DNA of 64,000 nucleotides from Candidatus Latescibacterota bacterium (lineage in GTDB: Bacteria; Latescibacterota; UBA2968): NCBI GenBank assembly GCA_965222605.1, contig OZ244960.1:4448001-4512000 (forward strand), read 5' to 3'. The translations under genes were made by a program, and so were the position numbers. A model generated the notes under the pieces. That model was not told the origin of the DNA, searched no databases, and saw only the letters and a program-made list of their open reading frames with translations. Numbering within the stretch: the stretch's first letter is position 1; each line of letters opens with the position of its first letter. Shown in pieces: positions 39,195 through 47,959 of the stretch.

Positions 39195-40095
39195 ACCTTT
39201 GGTGCTAGTGTTATATTCTGAAGTGTGCGATGGCAAGGTTAATGAACCCATCTTCATCGGGTTTAAAGCCCTGCCATTGTACCAAGATATTGAAGGCGGC
39301 CATGGTAAAAGCCAATCGCATTGCAAAATAGCTCCAGACCCGATGCATGACTTTCTTAAAATGCCACACGAGCGTCATCATAGATAAGATGGTTTCAACC
39401 ACCATGCGCTCATTCCAAGTGCCACGCGGACAGATTTTTAAGTTTTCTGGGTTGTCTTGCGCTTTTTGAAAGCCGACATCGGCAAAGACGACCATGTCTG
39501 ATTGCACCTGCTTGATGAGATGGTGGAAGGTGGTATCGTGAACATTAGCTGTCTGACAGTCCCAATCCACGATGAGACCCCATTGATTGATCAACAGACA
39601 GAGCTTGCCACCGACAATCCAGCGATAATTCGATTTGCCTTTCTTCCCGATCTGAGCAGGACTTCTGCCTTCTCGGATCGGATGAATCAACTCAATGCCA
39701 TAGCTATCAATGATGCCCAACACGCTCTTTTCGGCTAAAAATCGGCTTGTGGCGTGTTGATGCCTTAAAAAGAGGCGAAACAAGCGCGTGCGATGAGGTA
39801 AGTTAGGAAACAGGTGCTGCCAATCGTTTATCAGCCAATCATAATAGGCGCGATTGCCCACCCCTTTAATCGCAAAAAGCAAGGCCAACGTGATGACTTC
39901 GCTGGGATAGAGCTTGGCTTGAGGATGTTTCTCAAGGTCTTGCGTTTGATCATCTACCCGACAGAACAGGTCAATGATCAGCATTTCAGTCGTCATGAAG
40001 TTTACCTCCCTGCTGTGAATGAATGAGGTGCTAACTCATTCAGCATAGGTAAACTTCTGGCGACTTACAACTTCTTATCTACTAGCACCAAAGGT
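39195..40095 (-). mobile_element. IS982-family insertion sequence (901 bp)
   Basis: Perfect 15-bp TIR ACCTTTGGTGCTAGT; TATTA duplication at 39190-39194 and 40096-40100. Confidence 0.9.
39211..39996 (-). CDS. IS982-family transposase
   Basis: LFCRVDD, LYPSEVITLAL, FPNLP, IIDS, ANVHD, ADVGF, RMVVET. Confidence 0.85.
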   Translation of the reverse strand: MTTEMLIIDLFCRVDDQTQDLEKHPQAKLYPSEVITLALLFAIKGVGNRAYYDWLINDWQHLFPNLPHRTRLFRLFLRHQHATSRFLAEKSVLGIIDSYGIELIHPIREGRSPAQIGKKGKSNYRWIVGGKLCLLINQWGLIVDWDCQTANVHDTTFHHLIKQVQSDMVVFADVGFQKAQDNPENLKICPRGTWNERMVVETILSMMTLVWHFKKVMHRVWSYFAMRLAFTMAAFNILVQWQGFKPDEDGFINLAIAHFRI

Positions 40096-40208
40096 TATTA
40101 CGGTATTTCGGGCAATACGCGAGCGTATTGGGATATTCAGAATGCGCGCGAAGAGATCGGGTATGATCCTGTGGATAATGCTGAGGATTATGTTTAGCGG
40201 GAAACGCG

Positions 40209-40244
40209 AAAAACCGCCAATTGCTCACAATCGGCGGTTTTTTT
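40209..40244. terminator. Bidirectional terminator
   Basis: aaaaaccgccaattg-ctca-caatcggcggttttttt. Confidence 0.75.
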
Positions 40245-40263
40245 GTGTCTGAATGCGACGGCT

Positions 40264-41145
40264 TTACGCGAGGCCGTGCATGCGTTTGGCCGATGTTATG
40301 GTGTTGTGCAGGAGCATGGTGATGGTCATGGGACCAACGCCGCCTGGGACGGGTGTGATGGCGCGTGCTTTTTTACTGATGGCTTTGTAATCGACATCGC
40401 CAACGAGGCGATAACCCGCTTTTTTGGATTTGTCGGGTACGCGGTTGACGCCAATGTCGATGACGACTGCGCCGTCTTGCACCATATCGGCAGTAATGGT
40501 TTTAGGATGCCCTGTCACAACGATGAGGATATCTGCCTGACGGGTGAAGTGTCCGAGGTCGCGTGTGCCGGTATGGCACAAGGTGACGGTGGCATTTGTG
40601 GCTTTTTGCGAAAGGATGTTGGCGAGGGGACGACCGACCAAGGTGCTGCGCCCCACGATGACGACGTGTTTGCCCGCAACTTCAAAGTTGCCGCGTTTGA
40701 GGATTTGTTGGACGCCGTGCGGCGTGCAGGGCAAAAAGCCTTCTTCGCCGCGCATGAGGCGACCGAGGTTGACCGGGTGGAGGCCATCTACGTCTTTGTC
40801 GGGTGAGATGCTGTTGAGGGCGGTTTGTTCGTCAAAGCCTTCGGGTAGGGGAAGTTGGACGAGGATGCCGTGAATGGTGGGGTCGTCGTTGAGTTGTTCA
40901 ATGATGTCGAGAAGGGCAGATTCGGGCTGGTCGGCTGTCAGGGTGTGTTCAATAGAATATATGCCGATGTCTGCACATGCTTTGCGTTTGCCTTTGATGT
41001 AGGATATGGATGCCGGATCGTCGCCGACGAGTACGACCGCGAGGCCCGGGGTGAGGTTGTGCTCTGCTTTGAGGTTCTTGACTTCTTCGGCCATTTCAGC
41101 GCGCATGGTTTTGGACAGGTCTGTGCCGTTTATGATTTTTGCCAT
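40264..41145 (-). CDS. folD: Methylenetetrahydrofolate dehydrogenase/cyclohydrolase
   Basis: YIKGK, GILVQLPLP, KDVDGLHP, PCTP, TPVPGGVGPMT. Confidence 0.97.
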   Translation of the reverse strand: MAKIINGTDLSKTMRAEMAEEVKNLKAEHNLTPGLAVVLVGDDPASISYIKGKRKACADIGIYSIEHTLTADQPESALLDIIEQLNDDPTIHGILVQLPLPEGFDEQTALNSISPDKDVDGLHPVNLGRLMRGEEGFLPCTPHGVQQILKRGNFEVAGKHVVIVGRSTLVGRPLANILSQKATNATVTLCHTGTRDLGHFTRQADILIVVTGHPKTITADMVQDGAVVIDIGVNRVPDKSKKAGYRLVGDVDYKAISKKARAITPVPGGVGPMTITMLLHNTITSAKRMHGLA

Positions 41146-41171
41146 GATCGCTTTCTCCCATGTGAATGCCC

Positions 41172-41284
41172 AAAATAAAAATACGCCCGGGCGATGTGAT
41201 TGTTGTTAGCCCAGGCGGTCGGCGTGTGTTTATAGTCCAGTGCTTCCTCGTGGTTATTTCCACGTTTCCGCCAGTTACACTGGA
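41172..41284 (-). ncRNA. ZMP/ZTP (pfl) riboswitch with terminator expression platform upstream of folD
   Basis: Minus strand: tccagtgTAACTGGCGGAAAcgtgg-aaataa-ccacgAGGAAGcactgga ... CGCCGACCGCCTGGGC, then GCCCGGGCG and a T tract. This matches the pfl consensus as I know it, and folD is a canonical target. Confidence 0.9.
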
Positions 41285-41355
41285 AATTTCTGTAAATTTA
41301 AGGGATTTGGGCAGACAATCCAAATTTTTTTTGGAATTTTACCAGCCCGCGTTTT

Positions 41356-42762
41356 TTAAAGGGCAATCGGATGCTCGAAATCTCTTTCCATTGTTTCGGG
41401 AAGTTGATAGACGTTGCCTGTTTTGTCGCAGAAGTAAAGGCAGGATTTGGATGCTTGTCGCGCATTGCCGTCAGCCCACAGGGCGTAGAAGTCGGGGTGT
41501 GCATTGACAGGGCTTCGGGCGTAGGTGTGGTTGCGGGTGCTGTTTTGCGTGAGTTGTTTGGCGCGCCTCCACGTTTGTTCACTGCATTCCCACATCGCTA
41601 TTTCACCGCCGGGATTATAGGGTTGTGGGCCGGTTTCTGTGGGGGCGATGACGCGCCAGGTGCCGTCTGTTTCGAGGTAGAGGGACCCCATGTCGTAGTT
41701 GCTGTCGGATGTGGTGATAGGGTGGGCGTGCCAGTCGTTCCCAGTCCATTGCAATAGGGTCCAGGTGCGCGGGCCATTTTCCGGTCCCGATTCATAACCT
41801 TTGCTGGTGATGACGAGGATGACGGGTTTTCCCTGTGGGTCGAGGCGAATGTCTTTGAGATAGACTTTCAGTCCTTCGGCTTCGTAATCGCGCACGAGGG
41901 CGTTGTTGTGTGGGTTTGTAAGCGGAATTTCGACGGGTTCACCAGCTGCATTTTGCCAGGTTTGCCCGAAGTCGGGGGTTTCGAGATAGTAGAGGTTGGT
42001 GCGCCAGTTGAGACCGAGAGGCGCGGGGTGGTAGTTAAAGGCTGTGACGGCTTTTTGGCTGGAGCATATACTGATTTGATAATGTCCCTTTTCGATGGCA
42101 GCCAGGCGCGTCCATTCAGACCATTTGACGCCGTTGGGGCTGGTCGTGAAGAAGAGGGTGCGGTCGGCCGGGTCTTTGTAGCGGGTGACAAAGTTGATGA
42201 AGCCGCGACCTGGTAAGTGCCAGGCTTGCATGTAGGAAAAGTTGTCCATGGGCTGTTCTTTGCCATTGAGGCGATAGGTCGCGTCAATTTGTTCAAATTT
42301 GTCAATGGCGTAGGGTTCTGTACTTCGGTGGATATATGAGGGGCGCGATAAGCCGTGTGCGGTTGAGAAGATCCATATATAGCCGTCGTCTATGGAAATG
42401 ACGGGGTTGTCGTGGGCGTCGGCTGTTTTTTTGTCGAGGAGGATGGTCGGACGGGGAACCTGTCGGGTTTTGTGGTCGAAGTAGGAGACCATGTGCAGGA
42501 GAAAGCCGCTGCGATCGCGTGAGAATGCGCGGTCGCCATTGAGGTCTTCTTCGGCGTGTTTGAGATGTGCGTCAACGGGCGTGCCGCCGTAACAGAAGAA
42601 GGTTTTTTCGACTTCGGGACGGTACACGGCAAAGGGGCGATGTTTGGCACAGTATGTACCCAACCCGCCGCTGTATTTGTACACGTATTCATCGCCGGAT
42701 GGCTGATTGTAATACCATATCCCGCGATAGCCCGTGTCTTTTTGGTTTATGGTGAGGGTCAT
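41356..42762 (-). CDS. BNR-4 repeat (Asp-box beta-propeller) protein
   Basis: YSGGLGTY, DAHDNP, FSYMQ, TPDFGQTW Asp-box; AAGGAG RBS. Confidence 0.8.
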   Translation of the reverse strand: MTLTINQKDTGYRGIWYYNQPSGDEYVYKYSGGLGTYCAKHRPFAVYRPEVEKTFFCYGGTPVDAHLKHAEEDLNGDRAFSRDRSGFLLHMVSYFDHKTRQVPRPTILLDKKTADAHDNPVISIDDGYIWIFSTAHGLSRPSYIHRSTEPYAIDKFEQIDATYRLNGKEQPMDNFSYMQAWHLPGRGFINFVTRYKDPADRTLFFTTSPNGVKWSEWTRLAAIEKGHYQISICSSQKAVTAFNYHPAPLGLNWRTNLYYLETPDFGQTWQNAAGEPVEIPLTNPHNNALVRDYEAEGLKVYLKDIRLDPQGKPVILVITSKGYESGPENGPRTWTLLQWTGNDWHAHPITTSDSNYDMGSLYLETDGTWRVIAPTETGPQPYNPGGEIAMWECSEQTWRRAKQLTQNSTRNHTYARSPVNAHPDFYALWADGNARQASKSCLYFCDKTGNVYQLPETMERDFEHPIAL

Positions 42763-42891
42763 GTTTTCTCCTTTGGAATAATATTTGTGGATGGTAAAAG
42801 AAAGGGTAAAAGAAGTTCGCGTCAAGTTCGATTTGGTCACTTGACAAAGTATAGTTTCGTAGCTTCATTCACACAATGAAGTGCGATGTAA

Positions 42892-42938
42892 TGCCCCTGT
42901 GCCCGCCCATTGTAGGGGCGGTGCCCCTGTGCCCGCCC
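42892..42938. repeat. GTAG-type REP element with a partial tandem copy
   Basis: GTAGGGGCGGTGCCCCTGTGCCCGCCC (42912-42938); TGCCCCTGTGCCCGCCC also at 42892-42908. Confidence 0.75.
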
Positions 42939-42957
42939 TCTCTTAGAAAGGATTATT

Positions 42958-43710
42958 ATGTCGAATCCCACGATTGATTTGTTGATGTCGCACATGAGTA
43001 TTCGGAGGTTTGAAGATCGACCGTTGCCCGATGGCGTGTTGGAGACACTGATTCGGTGCGGGCAGCAGGCGAGTACGTCGAGCAATTTGCAGGCTTATAC
43101 GGTGATTCATGTGGCTGATTCCGAGCGCAAAAAGAAGCTGGCTGAGTTGTGCGCCGATCAGGTGCAGATTCATCAGAGTGCGGCATTTTTGGCTTTTTGT
43201 GCGGATTTGCATCGGGATTGGATGGCGAATCAGATGCACGGGGTTGATCGGTTTGATGGGGATTATGTCGAGGCGTTGATGATTGCGACGGTGGATGTCG
43301 CGCTGATGATGCAGAATGTGGCTATTGCGGCGGAGTCTATGGGGTTGGGCATTTGCATGATTGGGGCGATGCGGAATAATCCAAAGGGTGTGGGTGAGTT
43401 GCTCGGCTTGCCGCCTTATGTTGTGGCTGTGTCGGGATTTTGTATTGGGTATCCAGCGCAGGGTCCAGAGGTGAAACCGCGTTTGCCCCTCGATGCGGTG
43501 TTGCACCGCGAGCGTTATATGGATGATGAGACGCATCGCGCGATTATGAATGCTTACGATCAGAAGATGGTGGAATTTTATGCGTCACAGGGGATGCACG
43601 AAGGAGACCAGCGATGGACAACGGTGGTGGGAGGACGCACCGGGCAATTTCATGTGCGTGAGGAACTGGACGAATTTTTGACAGCGCAGGGGTTTAAGTT
43701 GCGGCGATGA
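42958..43710 (+). CDS. NADPH-dependent nitroreductase / flavin reductase (NfsA/NfrA family)
   Basis: HMSIRRF, ASTSSNLQAY, AAESMGLGICMIG, KPRLP. Confidence 0.9.
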   Translation: MSNPTIDLLMSHMSIRRFEDRPLPDGVLETLIRCGQQASTSSNLQAYTVIHVADSERKKKLAELCADQVQIHQSAAFLAFCADLHRDWMANQMHGVDRFDGDYVEALMIATVDVALMMQNVAIAAESMGLGICMIGAMRNNPKGVGELLGLPPYVVAVSGFCIGYPAQGPEVKPRLPLDAVLHRERYMDDETHRAIMNAYDQKMVEFYASQGMHEGDQRWTTVVGGRTGQFHVREELDEFLTAQGFKLRR

Positions 43711-43715
43711 TGGGA

Positions 43716-43770
43716 CTCACACGAAGGCACAAAGGGATATTTGAGACTTTGTAGTTTTGTGTGAGAATAT
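43716..43770. repeat. Imperfect inverted repeat of the CACGAAGG family
   Basis: ctcacacgaaggcacaaag ... ctttgtagttttgtgtgag; tttgtgtgagaatat recurs at 45361-45375 on the far side of IS66. Confidence 0.7.
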
Positions 43771-43782
43771 TCTTTATATTTT

Positions 43783-45346
43783 GTAACTATTTAGGTTGTT
43801 GCGTTTAGGGTTATAAAAGTCTATCCTATGTCTGAGTGAGTGATTTATGTTTTGTTTAATGAAAGGATGTGGAATTGCGTCGTCCAGAAGATATTGTTGG
43901 CCTTCATCACCTCATAGATGAGTTATTAAGTCGCATTGAGCACTTGGAAGCAGGGCATGAGTGCTTAAGTCTTGAGACTGAGCAATTACGCGAAGAGAAC
44001 GTGCAATTACGCGAAGAAAATGCCCGCCTCAAGCGGCAAGTAGGTCAAGATAGCCAGAATAGCCATCGTCCCCCATCCAGCGAGGGATATCGCAAAAAGC
44101 CAGCCTTTCCCAAGTCGAGTCAGAAGCGTCGGCGCGGTGGTCTGCGCGGTCATAAGGGTCAAACGTTGTCGCAGGTTGAGACGCCTGATGTGGTGGTTCC
44201 CCTGCGGGTTGAAAAGTGTTCTTGCGGTCAGGATTTGTCCACCGCTGCCCAAAGTCTGCTTGCGCGTCGCCAATGCTTTGATCTGCCAGAGCCTCGTATG
44301 GTGGTGACCGAATATCAGACCTTTGGGTGTTCTTGTTCGCGCTGTGGCGCCTATCACACTTCTCGCTTTCCACCTCCTATCTCTGCGCCGGTGCAATATG
44401 GGTCGCGTGTTCGTGCCTTATCCTGTCTGCTCAATGTGGACTATCGGCTTCCGTTCAAGAAAATCAAGCATCTGTTTGAAGACCTGTTTGGGCATGGCAT
44501 CAATGAAAGCACGCAACAGGATGCCTTGGACTTGGCCTATCGGGGCTTAGAAAAGACCGAATCGGTGATTAAGAAACGGCTGATGGCAAGTCCGGTGGCG
44601 CATTTTGATGAGACCGGACTGAGGGTAGCAGGCCGCCTGCACTGGCTGCATGTCTCAAGCACAGGACACGAGACACATTTGTTCGTGCATCAAAAACGGG
44701 GACGTGAGGCGTTGCAAGGAGCCGATTCGGTGCTTAACACCTTCCCCGGTTGGGCCGTCCACGATAGCTATGCGAGCTATTTCACCTCTTGGCCTTGTCG
44801 CCATAGTCTTTGCGGTGCACATCTCCTGCGCGAACTCACCGATGCCTATGAGAATGGGAGCCGATGGGCCAAGCACATGCACCGCTTCCTCTTAGCCCTT
44901 TATCGCATGAGTGTGCAAGGCACAACCAATCTGCCCGAAGCGAAGCAGCCCAAAGCCCGCCAAATCTATCAACGTCTGCTCCTTTATGCCCAAAAGAAGG
45001 AACCGCCACCTGTCAAGAAGACTGGCAAGAAGGGACGGGCAAAAGGTAGTCGTGCCTATAACTTACTCCAACGGCTCATCACACATCAAGACGCGGTATT
45101 GGCCTTTGCCTTTCACCATGCTGTCCCGTTCACCAATAATCAAGCCGAACGAGACTTGCGCCCGGCAAAAGTCAAACAGAAAGTCGCCACATGCTTTCGC
45201 ACCTTGGCAGGGGCCAAGAGATATGCACGCCTCCAAGCCTTCCTCTCAACCTTGAGAAAACAGCGCATCCCTGTCTTGAAAGAACTTGCTCTGGTCTTGA
45301 AAGAACACAACTATACCCTTGATTACTCACATACCTAAATAGTTAC
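43783..45346 (+). mobile_element. IS66-family element, single-ORF type (1564 bp)
   Basis: TIR GTAACTATTTAGGT / ACCTAAATAGTTAC; 8-bp duplication TATATTTT at 43775-43782 and 45347-45354; no tnpA/tnpB accessory ORFs. Confidence 0.93.
43869..45338 (+). CDS. IS66-family transposase
   Basis: Coiled coil, NSHRPPSS, Zn-finger Cys, HFDETG, VHDSY, LCGAHLLREL, FTNNQAERDLR. Confidence 0.93.
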   Translation: MELRRPEDIVGLHHLIDELLSRIEHLEAGHECLSLETEQLREENVQLREENARLKRQVGQDSQNSHRPPSSEGYRKKPAFPKSSQKRRRGGLRGHKGQTLSQVETPDVVVPLRVEKCSCGQDLSTAAQSLLARRQCFDLPEPRMVVTEYQTFGCSCSRCGAYHTSRFPPPISAPVQYGSRVRALSCLLNVDYRLPFKKIKHLFEDLFGHGINESTQQDALDLAYRGLEKTESVIKKRLMASPVAHFDETGLRVAGRLHWLHVSSTGHETHLFVHQKRGREALQGADSVLNTFPGWAVHDSYASYFTSWPCRHSLCGAHLLRELTDAYENGSRWAKHMHRFLLALYRMSVQGTTNLPEAKQPKARQIYQRLLLYAQKKEPPPVKKTGKKGRAKGSRAYNLLQRLITHQDAVLAFAFHHAVPFTNNQAERDLRPAKVKQKVATCFRTLAGAKRYARLQAFLSTLRKQRIPVLKELALVLKEHNYTLDYSHT

Positions 45347-45378
45347 TATATTTTAATGTCTTTGTGTGAGAATATACC

Positions 45379-46698
45379 ATGAGCAATGTCATTGAAGAAA
45401 TTGATCGGCTGAAAGAGGAATTGGACGCATTGCGCCCATTGCCTTCTGATGTTCTCGACCGGATAGGGCAAAAGCTCCGGATTGAGTCAAACTATCACTC
45501 CAATGCCGTAGAAGGCAATAGCCTGACGCTTGGAGAAACGAGAAGTTTGATCCTGCATGGGTTGACTGCACGCGGGAAACCGATGCGCGATCATCTGGAT
45601 ATTGAAGGGCATGATGAGGCGGTAAAAGCAATGGAGGATGCAGTAAGAAGAGACGAATTACTCAATGAGGTCTTCATCCGTAATCTCCATCAAGTGTTGC
45701 TGAAGGAGACGTATGAAAACGACGCGATAACGCCAGATGGACAGCCCGTGAAACGACGCATTGCTGTTGGAGAATATAAGACACAGCCAAATAATGTGCG
45801 GACTTCTACAGGAGAGATTTATTATTTTACGCCGCCTGATCAGGTGAAACCGGCGATGGGAGATCTCATAGATTGGTACAGAAGACAAGAGGACGAAGGT
45901 GAGCATCCGATTGTTATAGCCGCTACGTTTCACTATCGATTTACCCGTATCCATCCGTTTGATGATGGTAATGGCCGCATGGCGCGGCTTCTAATGAATA
46001 TGATTTTGATCAAGCACGGGTACACGGTGGCTATCATACCCACCGAGGAGAGAGGTCAATACATTAACTCGTTGGCGCAAGCCGATAAGACCGAAGATTT
46101 GACCGAGTTTATTACCTATATTGCAGACTGTTGCAAATATGCCCTTAATCTCCATCTAAAAGCCGCTCGCGGAGAGGATATTGAAGATGTGGAGGATATA
46201 GATAAAGAGATCGCACTTTTCAAACGTTCTTTGCAAAAAAGCACGGACAACACAATTCAAGCAAGGGAATATGCGGACAAGGTGTTGTATCCGTTATTGT
46301 TCTATTGCGAAGAAAAGCTCGAACAGTTTTCATATCTGTTCGGGAGTGTTCATACATTTGTTAGTAGTTCTTCTGTGAGAGAGATTGACAACCAAATTTC
46401 TACTTTTCGATTATCAAAAGAAAAGAGCAAAGCTTGGCCGGAAAACGCGCTGTCTGTTTCCACTAAATTAGAATTCATTCTGCATCAATATCTGGGGAAA
46501 CAGGAAAGCAGTTTTAAATTGGACATAGAAAATAAATTAGACTCAAATGATTGCGTCTGGAAATTTTACTTCAAGTGTCGCGGTTATGATGATTACAAAA
46601 AAGAATATAAGGGGCAAAATTTGGAGGTGCTTAAGAAGATGTTTAACGAAATGATACGGCTAATGATGAACAATCTATCGGAGCAATCTGACAACTGA
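45379..46698 (+). CDS. Fic-family protein (class II, intramolecular inhibitory helix) with a C-terminal extension
   Basis: HPFDDGNGRMAR catalytic motif and SNAVEGN inhibitory motif. Confidence 0.92.
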   Translation: MSNVIEEIDRLKEELDALRPLPSDVLDRIGQKLRIESNYHSNAVEGNSLTLGETRSLILHGLTARGKPMRDHLDIEGHDEAVKAMEDAVRRDELLNEVFIRNLHQVLLKETYENDAITPDGQPVKRRIAVGEYKTQPNNVRTSTGEIYYFTPPDQVKPAMGDLIDWYRRQEDEGEHPIVIAATFHYRFTRIHPFDDGNGRMARLLMNMILIKHGYTVAIIPTEERGQYINSLAQADKTEDLTEFITYIADCCKYALNLHLKAARGEDIEDVEDIDKEIALFKRSLQKSTDNTIQAREYADKVLYPLLFYCEEKLEQFSYLFGSVHTFVSSSSVREIDNQISTFRLSKEKSKAWPENALSVSTKLEFILHQYLGKQESSFKLDIENKLDSNDCVWKFYFKCRGYDDYKKEYKGQNLEVLKKMFNEMIRLMMNNLSEQSDN

Positions 46699-46802
46699 GA
46701 AGTCGGGTGATAACAAGACTAAAAGAGCATGAAGCTCACCAGTAGAGTGTTACGATAATTAACTGAAATAAATGGATGTGCTCTTTAGATGGCTATACTT
46801 AA

Positions 46803-47144
46803 GTGGAATATACTGTAATGTTTCAGGTTCTTCAGAAATGGGAAGGATATGTCATAGAGATAGGAGAGGACGACTTCACAGTGCGTCTTTTAGACCTGAC
46901 TGCCGGTTCTTCGCATGAAGAGGAAGAAGCCGTCATTCCTCTCGCCGAGATTTCAGAAGACGATCTCAAGCACCTGCGCCTCGGTAGTATCTTTCGGTGG
47001 GTCATCGGCTACGAGCGTTCCAAGAGTGGTACTAAGCAGCGTGTCTCCCAGATCGTCTTCCGAGAACTTCCTATTGTGACCAAACAGGATATAGCCGAGG
47101 CTGAGGAATGGGCCAAGAAGACCGCTCAGATGTGGTCGGACTAA
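46803..47144 (+). CDS. Hypothetical beta-rich protein, possibly 5'-truncated
   Basis: QKWEGYVIEI..DFTVRL, D...L..G.IFRWVIG, FRELP pattern; no clear RBS. Confidence 0.6.
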   Translation: MEYTVMFQVLQKWEGYVIEIGEDDFTVRLLDLTAGSSHEEEEAVIPLAEISEDDLKHLRLGSIFRWVIGYERSKSGTKQRVSQIVFRELPIVTKQDIAEAEEWAKKTAQMWSD

Positions 47145-47268
47145 CTGCTATTGAAATTTCCCCTGAACACAATTGGGAACACTCGTTGGAGAGGGGGCAT
47201 AGCTCTGATGCAGCGAGCGCGCAATAGCAATCAGGAATAGAGACTCTTTCTGTATAAGGAAAACAATT

Positions 47269-47487
47269 ATGAATGTGGCGGATATACTCGAAAAAGCCCA
47301 ATTTGTCGTGGACGCTGATGGCAAAAAAAAATCGGTGCTGCTTGACTACACGGCTTGGGAGGAATTATTGACCTTACTGGAAGACCTGGAAGACTCAGAG
47401 GAGATTCGCTATCTTCGCGACACAGGTGAAGAAGTAATTTCATGGGAACAGGCCAAAGTAGAACTGCGGGCAGATCACTCATTTTGA
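47269..47487 (+). CDS. Small antitoxin-like protein
   Basis: QFVVDADGKKKSVLL...LEDLED...ISWEQAK, typical of antitoxins that precede RelE/ParE toxins; AAGGA RBS. Confidence 0.7.
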   Translation: MNVADILEKAQFVVDADGKKKSVLLDYTAWEELLTLLEDLEDSEEIRYLRDTGEEVISWEQAKVELRADHSF

Positions 47488-47554
47488 AAAGCACTTGACC
47501 GGATTTCAGGCGTGTATTATATACGCCGATGTAAGTTTGAAAAGGAGACTGATT

Positions 47555-47872
47555 ATGAGTGTACCTGAACTACTCGAAAAAGCCCAATTTGTCGTAGATG
47601 CCAGCGGCAAAAAAAAATCGGTGCTGCTTGACTACGCGGCTTGGGAGGCTTTACTGACCTTATTGGATGACCTGGAAGATATAGAAGATATGCGCCATCT
47701 TCGCGACGCAGGTGAAGAAGTAATTCCATGGGAACAGGCCAAAGCGGAGCTGAGATTGAATGACGAACCATCGCGCCCTTTTGGGTTGTGCGCTGGGGAG
47801 TTCTCAGTGCCTGATGATTTCGACGATCCATTGCCGGAGTATGTGATTCAAGAATTTGAAGGTAAAAGATAA
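47555..47872 (+). CDS. Paralogous antitoxin-like protein fused to a VapB/DUF2281-type C-terminus
   Basis: Close copy of 47269..47487, followed by RPFGLCAGEFSVPDDFDDPLPE. Confidence 0.7.
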   Translation: MSVPELLEKAQFVVDASGKKKSVLLDYAAWEALLTLLDDLEDIEDMRHLRDAGEEVIPWEQAKAELRLNDEPSRPFGLCAGEFSVPDDFDDPLPEYVIQEFEGKR

Positions 47873-47959
47873 ATGAGGCTTCTGCTATATACTCACATCT
47901 TCCTCTTCAACACACTCATACGAGTTTGGAAATTACCACTACAAAGGAGAAAAAAATGA
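47873..47959 (+). pseudogene. Remnant of a VapC/PIN toxin 5' end
   Basis: MRLLLYTHIFL resembles the PIN start MRLLLDTHIFLW; similarity is lost after ~11 codons and the frame stops at 47959. Confidence 0.6.

Larger units (their letters stand above)
38560..40197 (+). pseudogene. NAD-dependent epimerase / uronate-dehydrogenase-like gene interrupted by IS982
   Basis: GAAGRIG, ASTNHV, YYGASK, RIGS, STWLS. The C-terminus YGISGNTRAYWDIQNAREEIGYDPVDNAEDYV* resumes at 40096-40197. Confidence 0.88.

Noticed and set aside
43983-44024. 21-bp duplication in the IS66 transposase
   Set aside because: Ordinary heptad duplication in the N-terminal coiled coil.
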